From a virus, in IMG/VR virus record IMGVR_UViG_3300002461_001194, positions 11,204-75,203 of that record: a stretch of 64,000 bases of DNA. The stretch is one strand, 5' to 3'. Positions 1 to 8,389 of the stretch are shown here, in pieces; the stretch's first letter is position 1; the number at the start of each line of letters is the position of its first letter. The position numbers and the translations under genes were made by a program. The notes below the pieces were generated by a model. It was given only the letters and a program-made list of their open reading frames with translations, was not told where the DNA came from and did not search any database.

Positions 1-176
1 TGTGACATTTCTTGCGCGGACTTTGCCTTGGCGATGAGATCGTCGCGGCGCATCTGCTCGCGGAGAAACTTGAGAACCTTCAACCCTTGACCGTCGGGGT
101 AACCGTCCCACTGGCCGTACTGCGCAATCGGGTATTCGCCATCGACGTGCACGGCGATCAAATGTCTCGTTCCCAT
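1..176 (-). CDS. Conserved phage hypothetical protein, first gene of the leftward early operon (truncated by window edge)
   Basis: Own translation: MGTRHLIAVHVDGEYPIAQYGQWDGYPDGQG...; ATG at 176 with GAGGT SD upstream; lies downstream of PL. Absent from the ORF track. Confidence 0.75.
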   Translation of the reverse strand, partial: MGTRHLIAVHVDGEYPIAQYGQWDGYPDGQGLKVLKFLREQMRRDDLIAKAKSAQEMS

Positions 177-202
177 CCGAACCTCTGCATCGCTGAAGGA
201 AA

Positions 203-245
203 CCCCGCCGGTCACGGGCTGGGGAGTAATTGGGGACCGGCGGGG
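203..245 (-). terminator. 11-bp hairpin in the PL leader (tL-like attenuator candidate)
   Basis: CCCCGCCGGTC (203-213) / GACCGGCGGGG (235-245), followed by TTTCCTT on the minus strand. Confidence 0.45.
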
Positions 246-287
246 ATCAACGAGGCTGTACGGGGGGACGACCTGTTGACAGTCATT

Positions 288-316
288 AAGGTACAATTTG
301 CACCCTCAACTGTCAA
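288..316 (-). promoter_or_regulatory. PL sigma70 promoter
   Basis: Minus strand TTGACA (316-311), 17 nt ending in TG, TACCTT (293-288). Confidence 0.75.
290..304. promoter_or_regulatory. Operator-like palindrome overlapping PL
   Basis: GGTACAATTTGCACC is a near-perfect 15-bp palindrome; related GGCGCGAAATGTACC at 1113-1127 overlaps PR. Confidence 0.6.
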
Positions 317-394
317 GCGTCCTGCACCCTGAAGGCGCAAATAAAAATTAAACGCGCTGTGTATGCACAAAAAAATGCCGCTTTGGACTAAAGT

Positions 395-1066
395 CTATAG
401 TCGGCGACTGTGCCGAATCGCTCGGCCCACAATAATTGAGCCAGCGTCTATCGACGTGCGGACCGTGGGATAGTCCTCATTGAGAGGAACTAGGGCGAAC
501 TCAGACGGCAGATCGCCGTGGCTGGCTGGTCGATACTTCCGCAGCATCGCCTGATTGCCGACGATGGCGAGCACGATGTCGCCGGGTTCCGGATCCCGCT
601 CGGGTGCGATGATAACGACATCGCCTGGTCGTAACGAGCCGTCGCCTGGGCCCACCATGGACGTGCCGTCAACGAGGACAGCGAACGAGCGCGGGGTCAG
701 ATCATCACCTATTTCCACGGGGACTTCCGTGATTCCGTTGGGCCGTCCCCCGTGCTTAACATCTAAAAGTTCTTGTATCGAAACAAGTTCCAACATTGGC
801 ACCACCCGTATGGGGATGCGGGTTAGGACCGGATCGAGGGGCGCTCCCGCTGCTTCTCCTGTAAGAAGCCACGCCGCCGACACTCCGAATGCCTTTGCGT
901 AAATGGCCGCACGCTTGGGGGTGATCTCTCGATACCCGTTCTCGTGCGTCTTGTACGTGTCATAATTCCATCCGTGTGCATCTGCAGCGTGCTTTGCCTC
1001 ACGGTAGCCAACCCGAACACGCGCAAGTTTTAAACGGTCGGCTGGCGTGCTTGGTGTATCAACCAT
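395..1066 (-). CDS. cI: CI-like repressor (XRE HTH plus S24 peptidase)
   Basis: N-terminal HTH (RLKLARV...YKTHENG...VSAAWLLTG); S24 motifs GTSM and MLRKY; GGAG SD supports ATG at 1066; divergent from the Cro-like gene. Confidence 0.9.
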   Translation of the reverse strand: MVDTPSTPADRLKLARVRVGYREAKHAADAHGWNYDTYKTHENGYREITPKRAAIYAKAFGVSAAWLLTGEAAGAPLDPVLTRIPIRVVPMLELVSIQELLDVKHGGRPNGITEVPVEIGDDLTPRSFAVLVDGTSMVGPGDGSLRPGDVVIIAPERDPEPGDIVLAIVGNQAMLRKYRPASHGDLPSEFALVPLNEDYPTVRTSIDAGSIIVGRAIRHSRRL

Positions 1067-1100
1067 ACCGCACTTCTCCAAATGAGCAAGGCGCAGGCTG

Positions 1101-1129
1101 TTGACAAGTCCAGGCGCGAAATGTACCTT
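1101..1129 (+). promoter_or_regulatory. PR sigma70 promoter
   Basis: TTGACA (1101-1106), 17 nt ending in TG, TACCTT (1124-1129); same architecture as PL; ATG at 1137 is about at +1 (leaderless). Confidence 0.75.
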
Positions 1130-1136
1130 GGGCGCC

Positions 1137-1391
1137 ATGTACCAAAACCACCGGGACATCATTCGAGCTTGGCCAGACCTCGAGGCTTTCGCCGACGACA
1201 TCGGCGTGAGTGCGAACACGGCCAAGTCGTTCCGGCATCGTGCGTCGATCCCCTGGTATCACTGGGACGCTGCGATCGAGGGCGCGAAAGCGCGCAAAAT
1301 CAAGGGCGTTAGCCATGATGTGCTCAAGGGCCTGAGTCCCGTCAGGCGCGGTCGCGGGCGCAGCAAAATAGCGTCCCTTCACGTCGCGTAA
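1137..1391 (+). CDS. cro: Cro-like HTH protein
   Basis: 84 aa, IIRAWPDLEAFADDIGVSANTAKSFRHRASIP; divergent from the repressor. Confidence 0.8.
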   Translation: MYQNHRDIIRAWPDLEAFADDIGVSANTAKSFRHRASIPWYHWDAAIEGAKARKIKGVSHDVLKGLSPVRRGRGRSKIASLHVA

Positions 1392-2079
1392 GGTTTAGCT
1401 ACGTAATGCGCCCCGGTCTAGGTGCAAAGCGCAGATGAGACCTACGTCGATTTGCGCAAGGCGTTGTTAGTTCACAGTTTGTTCGCATCGCGTCGGGATT
1501 GTATTCCTAAAAGTTCAAGAATGTGGCGTCAGCGTAACCGGCCGCATCAGTAGCGGTCTGGGCAGATGGGTCGCGTCGTGAGGCCGACCGCCGCTCGTCA
1601 CGGTGTATGCGTCTGCCCAGTCCGCTGCCGATATGACGTCGGTAGCAGTCCCTCCACAGGGGCGTCTTCCTCCCTAGACTTCCGCAGGATCTCGTTCGGA
1701 TCGCCTGCGGATTTTCGGAGGCTCTTCGTAACTCGAGGTTCGCGTGAGTGGGTGGTCCTTAGCGAGGTGAGTTCGGCGTTCTGCGATCGGAGCGGGATTA
1801 GCCGGACGACAGGTCTCCATTCCGAAGCACCAGCGGGCGACGGCCGTCCGAAGCTGGACGACCACCTTCTCACACGGCCCTTGGGCCAATTGGATGAGTG
1901 ACGTGCAGGCAGCGGCGGGGAAAGCAGACCCGCGACAGCGATACGAGGCAGGGGCGGCGAAAGCCATCCTGAAAAGCGGCGACGGCCGAGTTCCTGTGTC
2001 CTGCGGCATGGTCCGCAGGCTGTTCCTGACGGGGATCCGGAGTAGCGCCCGGACTGCCTGCACGTCACTCCGTTAGACG

Positions 2080-2286
2080 ATGTTCTCAGTGTTCCGTGGG
2101 GGAAACACAGTCGTGAACACTGAAAAACTCTTCGGTGCCAAGAAGTTTCTCGCCATGCGCATGCGTGAGCGGACTCACCTCGACGCCATTCCAATACGGG
2201 AAGTGTTTGTCGAGAGCGTGGCGGTTGAAACACCGTCCAACACCATCGTCACCGTGTTCACCAGCCAGGGAGAACATCGTCAGTGA
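2080..2286 (+). CDS. Hypothetical protein
   Basis: 68-aa ORF whose stop overlaps the next start (GTGA). Confidence 0.5.
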   Translation: MFSVFRGGNTVVNTEKLFGAKKFLAMRMRERTHLDAIPIREVFVESVAVETPSNTIVTVFTSQGEHRQ

Positions 2287-2825
2287 GTTTCTTCTCGAGG
2301 ATCTTCAACTGGAACAAGCCTGAGCCAGCACCTTTCGTGCCGGTATATCCGGAGCTGAGCTTGGAGCCAGTAAGAGTTGTAGTGGCTGCGGCCATGCCTC
2401 CGGAGCCAATTCGCCAATACCCAGCACCAAAGCCGGCCCGGAAACGCTACGCCGGAACCAAGCCGTGGAACAAGATCAAGGCGGCTCAGAAGATTGCAAC
2501 CGGCGTGCTCGATGAGATTCGTTCCGCGGATTTCGATGCGGTGTACACGATACCCGAGATCGACGAGTGGATTGAAATTTACTGCCGCGACAATGGTCTG
2601 AACATCGGCGGCTTAACTTTCTGCGCCATCCGCACGGCCATGAAGCGCTGTTCCGGCGTGCGTTTTGAGAACCGGCGCCTGCTTGCGGATCCCGCGTACC
2701 ACTACCTCCGGAGCCGGCACAAATCCCGCAAACAATTCATGCCTGAGCGGGCTTGGATCTTCATCATCGATGCAGAACCGGAGCACGTAGAGGCGGAAGC
2801 GCAACCTAACAGGAGGGCAGCGTGA
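2283..2825 (+). CDS. Hypothetical protein
   Basis: 180-aa ORF, GGAG SD, coupled on both sides. Confidence 0.7.
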   Translation: MSFFSRIFNWNKPEPAPFVPVYPELSLEPVRVVVAAAMPPEPIRQYPAPKPARKRYAGTKPWNKIKAAQKIATGVLDEIRSADFDAVYTIPEIDEWIEIYCRDNGLNIGGLTFCAIRTAMKRCSGVRFENRRLLADPAYHYLRSRHKSRKQFMPERAWIFIIDAEPEHVEAEAQPNRRAA

Positions 2826-3175
2826 AGAGAGTTGATCAGATTCGAGCAACACTTGATCTGCCCGCCGAGGCTGTCGCTGAACGCTTCGGCATGCGCTTGA
2901 AGACCGTTCGCGAGATGCGATCAAAGGTACGCAAGCCGGACAAGTATCGTGAACATGAAGTCCGCTACCGCCGCAATAAAGGTTATCGCCCCCAAGACGA
3001 GGTGATTGCCGAGAAGCGCGAAAGATCCCCTTGGAAGCAAATGGACGCGGAACTCATTCGGCTAGTGCGCCTCGGCGTAGCCCGCAGCGAAATCGGCGCG
3101 AAACTAGGCGTATCGAAGAACGCGGTCATCGGCCGTTGGCACAAGCTCGTGCGCTACGGGATGGTCCAACCCTGA
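2822..3175 (+). CDS. HTH protein with C-terminal GcrA-N-like HTH
   Basis: C-terminus EIGAKLGVSKNAVIGRWHKL resembles the GcrA N-domain; paralog of 7527-7883. Confidence 0.75.
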   Translation: MKRVDQIRATLDLPAEAVAERFGMRLKTVREMRSKVRKPDKYREHEVRYRRNKGYRPQDEVIAEKRERSPWKQMDAELIRLVRLGVARSEIGAKLGVSKNAVIGRWHKLVRYGMVQP

Positions 3176-3181
3176 AATGCG

Positions 3182-3211
3182 AAGAGCCCCAGCTTGCCGG
3201 CTGGAGCTCTT
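3182..3211 (+). terminator. Hairpin, terminator candidate
   Basis: AAGAGC-C-CCAGC / GCTGG-A-GCTCTT just after the stop at 3175. Confidence 0.45.
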
Positions 3212-3298
3212 GAATGTGTGTGTCCGAGTTCGGTGGGTTTGAAGTGTTCCAGCTCGAGGATCTTTGCCGAGATCGAAGAGCCCTAACCAACAAAAGGC

Positions 3299-3988
3299 TT
3301 GACCATGCTTGTAGCGAATCATCGTCCCGGATGCAACACCAAAAGTAAACTTCCAACAGTCCACGCTTTCAACAGGTCGCTGTCTGCGGAGGAATATGAG
3401 CGCGTCAGCCCGAGCGAGATTGCTGGCGATGTGCTCATGCGCGCCATGCTTGACGACCGTCTCGATCGCCCGTGCTTGATCGTGCTGGCAGAGATCGCAA
3501 CGGCGCTCGATCCATCCAGCCGCACGTTCTGGTTCGGTCGCGAGCAGATTGCCGACAAGACCGGGCTGGCGCTTCAATCCGTCTCCAATTGCCTGTCACG
3601 CCTCAAGGCGGCTGGTCATATCGATAGCTGTCGTCGGGTCACTCCGCGATCGAACGGCAACACGCTGATGCATTACGAGCTCGCCGGCTTGCCTGCCGAT
3701 GAGGACGTTGCGCCGCGGCCTGAAGCCGTCCAGCGCGCAGCACTCAGCAGCAGCGTGAGGCTCGCTGTATGGGACAAGACGAGCGGACGGTGCGTCTACT
3801 GCGCCTGTCGCCTGACGAGGGAGCCTGGCCAGCCCAATACGTTTCATGCCGATCACGTTCTCAGTGTCCGCAACGGCGGATCCGATGACATCGCAAACCT
3901 GATCCCGAGTTGCGCCACCTGCAATTCGCGCAAGTCCGCCAAGCCGTTCCTCGCCTTCATCGAAGAGATGGGAGGCGCTTGTGATTGA
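3299..3988 (+). CDS. Winged-HTH plus HNH endonuclease fusion
   Basis: HTH REQIADKTGLALQSVSNCLSRL; HNH CVYC...HADHV...GG...NLIPSCATCNSRK. Alternative start ATG at 3305. Confidence 0.85.
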   Translation: MTMLVANHRPGCNTKSKLPTVHAFNRSLSAEEYERVSPSEIAGDVLMRAMLDDRLDRPCLIVLAEIATALDPSSRTFWFGREQIADKTGLALQSVSNCLSRLKAAGHIDSCRRVTPRSNGNTLMHYELAGLPADEDVAPRPEAVQRAALSSSVRLAVWDKTSGRCVYCACRLTREPGQPNTFHADHVLSVRNGGSDDIANLIPSCATCNSRKSAKPFLAFIEEMGGACD

Positions 3989-5012
3989 TATTGGCCACAA
4001 CGGCGGCCCGGCGATCGACGACGACAAGGTCGCGTCGGGTTGGATCAAGCTCTACCGCGACATCCGTGAACACCCCGTCGTCGGCTTCGGACAGCCCGTC
4101 AAACCGGCCGACGCGTCACGGGGATCTTACTCCCGCGGCGAAGCATTCCAAGACCTGTTGATGGAGGCTCAATACAAGCCCGGCAGCGTGCGTATCAACG
4201 GCGAAGTCGTGGCGCTGAATATCGGACAACTGATGGCTGCCCGGTCGTATCTGGCCGCGCGCTGGAATTGGAGCGAGCAAACTGTCCGTACGTTCATGGC
4301 TCATTTGGTGAACGCCGGCATCATAAAAACCAACCAGCTAAGCAACCAGCAGCCAAGCGCCTCAAGAAAGAGTGCCCCAAATACGCTAACCATTTGTAAC
4401 TACGAGCGTTATCAGGCATTCAGCGAGGCTGTAACGGCGTATGTCAGCACCCTCAAAGCACCAGCAGATCAACCAGCTAGCAACCAGCTAGCAACCAGCC
4501 AACAACCAGCTAGCAACCAGAATCTAAGAAAGAAAGAAGTTAAGAAGGAAAGAATAGAAGATACCCCCCCGCCCCCCAAGGGGGGAGACGCACCTAAGAT
4601 TTTGGGCAGGCAGATCGCCCGTCAGGCTTTCGACGAATGGCGCGATCTGGCATCGCGTCTCGGACTGCCGACACCCAAGGCCGAGAGTTTCACCGACAAC
4701 CGCGCACGGGATATTTTCAATCGTCTGCGGGAACACGGCGGCACCAGTCCAACACCGGAGTCCCTGATCGCGATCTGGCGACAGGCGCTCGGCAACGTCG
4801 AGCGATCCAAGTTTCTTCGCGGCATGACCGACCAGGGTTTCCGGGCGGACCTGACCTTCCTGTGCCAGGCCAAAAGTTTCGCCCGCCTGATCGAGGGTGG
4901 TTACGGCAACGGCGCCCATGCGCCGCGAACACTGTTGGACGCTGACGGGAAACCGAAACCGACCGTAGACGACCTCTACCGACAGGAGGATTCCCATGAA
5001 GCACCTCCATGA
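3981..5012 (+). CDS. Replication initiator, lambda O-like
   Basis: SGWIKLYRDI N-terminus, TLTICNYERYQ motif, internal iteron tract, position upstream of the helicase. Confidence 0.85.
   Translation: MIDIGHNGGPAIDDDKVASGWIKLYRDIREHPVVGFGQPVKPADASRGSYSRGEAFQDLLMEAQYKPGSVRINGEVVALNIGQLMAARSYLAARWNWSEQTVRTFMAHLVNAGIIKTNQLSNQQPSASRKSAPNTLTICNYERYQAFSEAVTAYVSTLKAPADQPASNQLATSQQPASNQNLRKKEVKKERIEDTPPPPKGGDAPKILGRQIARQAFDEWRDLASRLGLPTPKAESFTDNRARDIFNRLREHGGTSPTPESLIAIWRQALGNVERSKFLRGMTDQGFRADLTFLCQAKSFARLIEGGYGNGAHAPRTLLDADGKPKPTVDDLYRQEDSHEAPP
4470..4560 (+). repeat. Iteron array plus A-rich tract (putative origin)
   Basis: CAACCAG(C) at 4470, 4481, 4492, 4503, 4514 (exact 11-bp period, consensus CAACCAGCTAG); two more at 4331 and 4343; purine/A-rich run 4521-4560. 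Confidence 0.8.
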
Positions 5013-5556
5013 AATCCTCCACGAAGAACGGGTCGTGCTGAAGTCGGAAGCCAATGGCCGGCACTACACGACCTGCCCCGAATGTTCCTCCAAGCGCAAA
5101 GGAATGAACCGCAAGAAGCCCTGCCTGCGAGTCGAGATCGACGGTCGCGGCGTGCGCTTCGCTTGTTTCCACTGCGGGTTCTTCACGGCGCGATTTTTCG
5201 ATGAGGGTGACAATGCTGGATACGGCCGGACTGTCCGACAAACACGCGATTTGGCTCGAGGAAACACGAAAGATCCCGTGCGAGATCGCAGCAACAGCAG
5301 GCGTGACGACGTTCGAGGGAAAGCTGACGTTCGAGTTCCGACGGAACGGCGAGTTGATGTACCGCAAGCACCGCCTCCAAACGCCGACAGGCAAGTCGTT
5401 CAGGCGGGATCGGGACGGCGTTCCGTCGTTGCTGTTCAACGAGGATTGTCTGAGCGAAGCGTTCGCACCCCACGAGCCGCTAGTGATCACCGAGGGCGAG
5501 ATCGACGCGTTGTCGTGGATGGCCGCAGGGATCGGGAGGGTGGTTTCCGTGCCTGA
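4996..5556 (+). CDS. Primase zinc-binding domain (separate ORF; tail after about aa 70 looks like shadow of the next gene)
   Basis: CPECS...CLRV...CFHCG zinc ribbon typical of T7/Twinkle primases. Confidence 0.7.
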   Translation: MKHLHEILHEERVVLKSEANGRHYTTCPECSSKRKGMNRKKPCLRVEIDGRGVRFACFHCGFFTARFFDEGDNAGYGRTVRQTRDLARGNTKDPVRDRSNSRRDDVRGKADVRVPTERRVDVPQAPPPNADRQVVQAGSGRRSVVAVQRGLSERSVRTPRAASDHRGRDRRVVVDGRRDREGGFRA

Positions 5557-6667
5557 CGGAGCGCAACTGTCGAAGCCCGGAGAGGGCGAGATCGTGCCGG
5601 GATCTGACGGAGCGTTCCGCTACCTGTGGGATGGCGACGCTCTCAGGAAGGGCCTCCAAGCCCCGACAAAGATCATCCTGTCCACGGATGCCGACGACAA
5701 GGGTTACATCCTGCGCGATGAACTCGCCGTTCGCCTCGGTCGCGCGAAGTGCTGGTTCATCGAGTACCCGAAAGACTGCAAAGACGCGAACGACGTGCTC
5801 GTCAAGCACGGACGTGAAGCGCTCTTGCGTCTGATCGACAACGCCAAGCCGATCGTGCCGAGCAAGCTGGTGCCCTTCTCGGACATTCCGCGGAAGGGCA
5901 ACAAGGCCACGTACAGTTCTGGCATGGGCGACCTTGACAATCACCTGAAACTCAATCTGCCGGAGTTGATGGTGGTTACTGGATCGCCCAACGCTGGCAA
6001 GAGTTTGTGGACGGTCAACTACGTCTGCAACCTCGCGCGACTGCACAGCATCAAAACGGCGATCCTCCAATTCGAGGACGACGTTGATCGCAATCGTGAG
6101 GATATCGAGCGTTACGTTACGGCGTTCTCCAAGCCCGGCAACACCAAACCTATCACCAAACCAGACGTGTGGATTGACGAGATGTTTCGCACCATCTCGC
6201 CGGCCGAAGAGAACGACTCCTACGACATGGATTGGCTGCGCGCGAGCATCATCGAAGCCTCAACGCGTCACGGATGCCATGTGATCCTGATCGATCCGTT
6301 CAACGAGATCGAGCATCTGTGGAAGGTCAACGAGACCGAAACGCAGTACCTCAACAACTGCCTTCGCGACCTAAAGAAACTCGCTCGCCAGCTTCAGATC
6401 GCAATCATCATCGTGACGCATCCAACCAAGTCCGGCGGATCCAGCAAGCCCGTCGAAGAGTGGTCGCTTTACGACGTGAGCGGCGGCGCGACGTGGAACA
6501 ACAAGGCCGATCATGGTGTCGTGATCTGGCGCGAAGACAACAAGTCTCCCGACACCTACGTGAAAGTCTGCAAGTCCAAGAATTTCCGCACAATGGGAAC
6601 GCCGGGCACCGTGGTCATGCAGTACGACCTGCGGAGCTCGTGCTTCTTTCAGAAAAAGGTGGCCTGA
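5213..6667 (+). CDS. Toprim primase-DnaB-like helicase (T7 gp4/Twinkle-like)
   Basis: Toprim VITEGEIDALS, DADDKG, KDAND; Walker A GSPNAGKS; Walker B ILIDP; GAGG SD favours ATG 5213 over 5201. Confidence 0.9.
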   Translation: MLDTAGLSDKHAIWLEETRKIPCEIAATAGVTTFEGKLTFEFRRNGELMYRKHRLQTPTGKSFRRDRDGVPSLLFNEDCLSEAFAPHEPLVITEGEIDALSWMAAGIGRVVSVPDGAQLSKPGEGEIVPGSDGAFRYLWDGDALRKGLQAPTKIILSTDADDKGYILRDELAVRLGRAKCWFIEYPKDCKDANDVLVKHGREALLRLIDNAKPIVPSKLVPFSDIPRKGNKATYSSGMGDLDNHLKLNLPELMVVTGSPNAGKSLWTVNYVCNLARLHSIKTAILQFEDDVDRNREDIERYVTAFSKPGNTKPITKPDVWIDEMFRTISPAEENDSYDMDWLRASIIEASTRHGCHVILIDPFNEIEHLWKVNETETQYLNNCLRDLKKLARQLQIAIIIVTHPTKSGGSSKPVEEWSLYDVSGGATWNNKADHGVVIWREDNKSPDTYVKVCKSKNFRTMGTPGTVVMQYDLRSSCFFQKKVA

Positions 6668-6668
6668 C

Positions 6669-6908
6669 ATGAGCATGGAAGCACTCTACGTCGGCGATGC
6701 GAAGTGGGTCTGGGTTATCCATTCCGATAACGCCTCGGTGGTTGTTTCTGATTGGGATGGCAACGAGCGCACCATTGATGCGCGCGACTACGACATCACT
6801 CCCGATCTCGAGCGCGACGTGCACGGCCATCGCCATCCGGTTCACCGCACGATCGGCACCGGCAAGCGCGCTCAGTACATGCGCATTGAGCGGAGGCGCG
6901 CAGCATGA
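6669..6908 (+). CDS. Hypothetical protein
   Basis: 79 aa, coupled ATGA junction with the next gene. Confidence 0.65.
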   Translation: MSMEALYVGDAKWVWVIHSDNASVVVSDWDGNERTIDARDYDITPDLERDVHGHRHPVHRTIGTGKRAQYMRIERRRAA

Positions 6909-7183
6909 GCGACGAATCCCACGACGACTTCATGGAATCGCACGCGGATTTCATCGCCCGGTTTCGCAAGATGTCATCGGCTGCATATCGCCCGGAAGGA
7001 ATTGAAAACCCAAGGGCGGCACGGGCCGCGAAGATGAACGCACAAAATCAGCGCACGGCTAGGGCCGACCAACGCAGTCACGTTCTCTGCCTTCTCGCTC
7101 TTGGAAAGCGCGACGCACAAATCGCCGACGAACTCGGCATTGCCGAGGACACCGTTCGCACGCTCAGAATTTCGAGGATGTAG
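6905..7183 (+). CDS. HTH protein (LuxR/sigma region 4-like C-terminus)
   Basis: LLALGKRDAQIADELGIAEDTVR; GGAGG SD. Confidence 0.7.
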   Translation: MSDESHDDFMESHADFIARFRKMSSAAYRPEGIENPRAARAAKMNAQNQRTARADQRSHVLCLLALGKRDAQIADELGIAEDTVRTLRISRM

Positions 7184-7185
7184 CC

Positions 7186-7530
7186 GTGACGAGAGCAGAG
7201 ATCATCGCATCCATTCCAGTCGACGTTCCCGATGAAGTCGTCGCGCGTGAACTTGGAACAGGCGTTGGTTACGTCCGGCAAATTCGAAGGCACGGCGTCT
7301 CGGCAATGCGTGAGACCAGTCGAGGACACAGTGCGCGTTATCGCCAACGAAACTTGGTGAGGGTCCGACAGATGCAGCGAGACTGGGCACGGCAGAAGAA
7401 GCTCCGCACCACGGGCGAGACGAACATCGAAGGCGTTCGGGAAAAGTACATGCGCGAGCAGGACAAAAAGTTCATTCGCTTCGTGCGTCGCGTCTATCCG
7501 GAACTCTACACGGGGGATTGGTACGTATGA
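7186..7530 (+). CDS. HTH protein related to the N-termini of 2822-3175 and 7527-7883
   Basis: MTRAEIIA...VVARELGTGVGYVRQIRR. Confidence 0.7.
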   Translation: MTRAEIIASIPVDVPDEVVARELGTGVGYVRQIRRHGVSAMRETSRGHSARYRQRNLVRVRQMQRDWARQKKLRTTGETNIEGVREKYMREQDKKFIRFVRRVYPELYTGDWYV

Positions 7531-7883
7531 CCAAAGCAGAACAGATCAGGGCGATGGCCGGAAAGCCAGCAAAAGAAGTGGCCAAGCAAGTTGGTTGCTC
7601 GGTGAGGCACGTCAATCGCATTTGGCAGATTGACAGCGATCCAGCGGCTGCCGCTCGAGCGAAACAGTGGACCACCCGCTACTTGCGATTAAGGGGGCAC
7701 AAGCCGCGCGATCAGTGGATCGCCGACATGCGAGAGAACAGCCGTTGGAAGGCCAAGGACGCCAAGCTGGTAGCGATGGTGAAGGAGGGTGTCCGTCGCA
7801 AAGATATCGCCGACAAATTAGGCGAGACCAAAAACAGCGTCATTGGTCGCTGGCATCGTTTAGTGGAGCTCGGACTCGCATGA
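7527..7883 (+). CDS. HTH protein with C-terminal GcrA-N-like HTH
   Basis: DIADKLGETKNSVIGRWHRL; ATGA overlap at 7527. Confidence 0.75.
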   Translation: MTKAEQIRAMAGKPAKEVAKQVGCSVRHVNRIWQIDSDPAAAARAKQWTTRYLRLRGHKPRDQWIADMRENSRWKAKDAKLVAMVKEGVRRKDIADKLGETKNSVIGRWHRLVELGLA

Positions 7884-8389
7884 TCCTCGACCTACGCTCA
7901 GCAGCGATCTTCGCAACCCTCGTCGGACTGATCCTCGCGGTTACAGTCCTCGTTGCCCATGCACAGAACGCTCCAACCTATACCTCTCGACCTGTCGATT
8001 GGTTCGATCGAGATGGAAACCACGTCAGGTACTACCGCACTAGGCATCGGGAACGCCACTACGAACGCCGTCAGCAGGTCAGGGGCTGGCATTCTCAGGC
8101 GCGTGGCTACTACCCCAGCCATGACCATGACGGACAGTGCAAGGGCACCGTGGCAGTCGTGGGTGACCAGTATGCGAGCGAGGCCGGGGCGCAAGACGAA
8201 TCCTGGAAAGCGTGGGCACAGACCGTCCGCTTTATGGCGGGTGAGCGCTACATGTCGAAGGACAACGCGGCCGACGTAGCATTCGAGTGCGGCCGGTCGT
8301 CCGTTGGTTCGATCGTGGGGCAAGTCTTCTACCGTTGCCGGGTATCAGCGCGCCCTTGCCGTCCCGAGACGCAGAGGGGGAACCGCTGA
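7880..8389 (+). CDS. Secreted or membrane protein with Cys-containing C-terminal domain
   Basis: Signal peptide ending VAHA-Q; ATGA overlaps at both ends. Confidence 0.75.
   Translation: MILDLRSAAIFATLVGLILAVTVLVAHAQNAPTYTSRPVDWFDRDGNHVRYYRTRHRERHYERRQQVRGWHSQARGYYPSHDHDGQCKGTVAVVGDQYASEAGAQDESWKAWAQTVRFMAGERYMSKDNAADVAFECGRSSVGSIVGQVFYRCRVSARPCRPETQRGNR

Noticed and set aside
276-297. Plus-strand TTGACA...TACAAT promoter
   Set aside because: Spacer is only 10 nt; the minus-strand reading has a 17-nt spacer.
286-300. CtrA box at PL
   Set aside because: Only one TTAA half-site (TTAA-N7-TTTG); no full TTAA-N7-TTAA was noticed by eye, and a motif scan is needed.
12-332. 106-aa plus-strand ORF from the track
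   Set aside because: It overlaps a better minus-strand gene with SD and the PL promoter.
1526-1539. 13/14 match (minus strand GGTTACGCTGACGC) to the TnpB right flank 17221-17234, suggesting self-targeting of the PR leader
   Set aside because: The likely first four guide bases (GCTA) do not match (GGCC), so the seed fails; a match of this length can arise by chance in 64 kb.
4470-4520. CRISPR-like array
   Set aside because: Spacerless 11-bp repeats inside a CDS; no cas genes. No CRISPR array was seen elsewhere.
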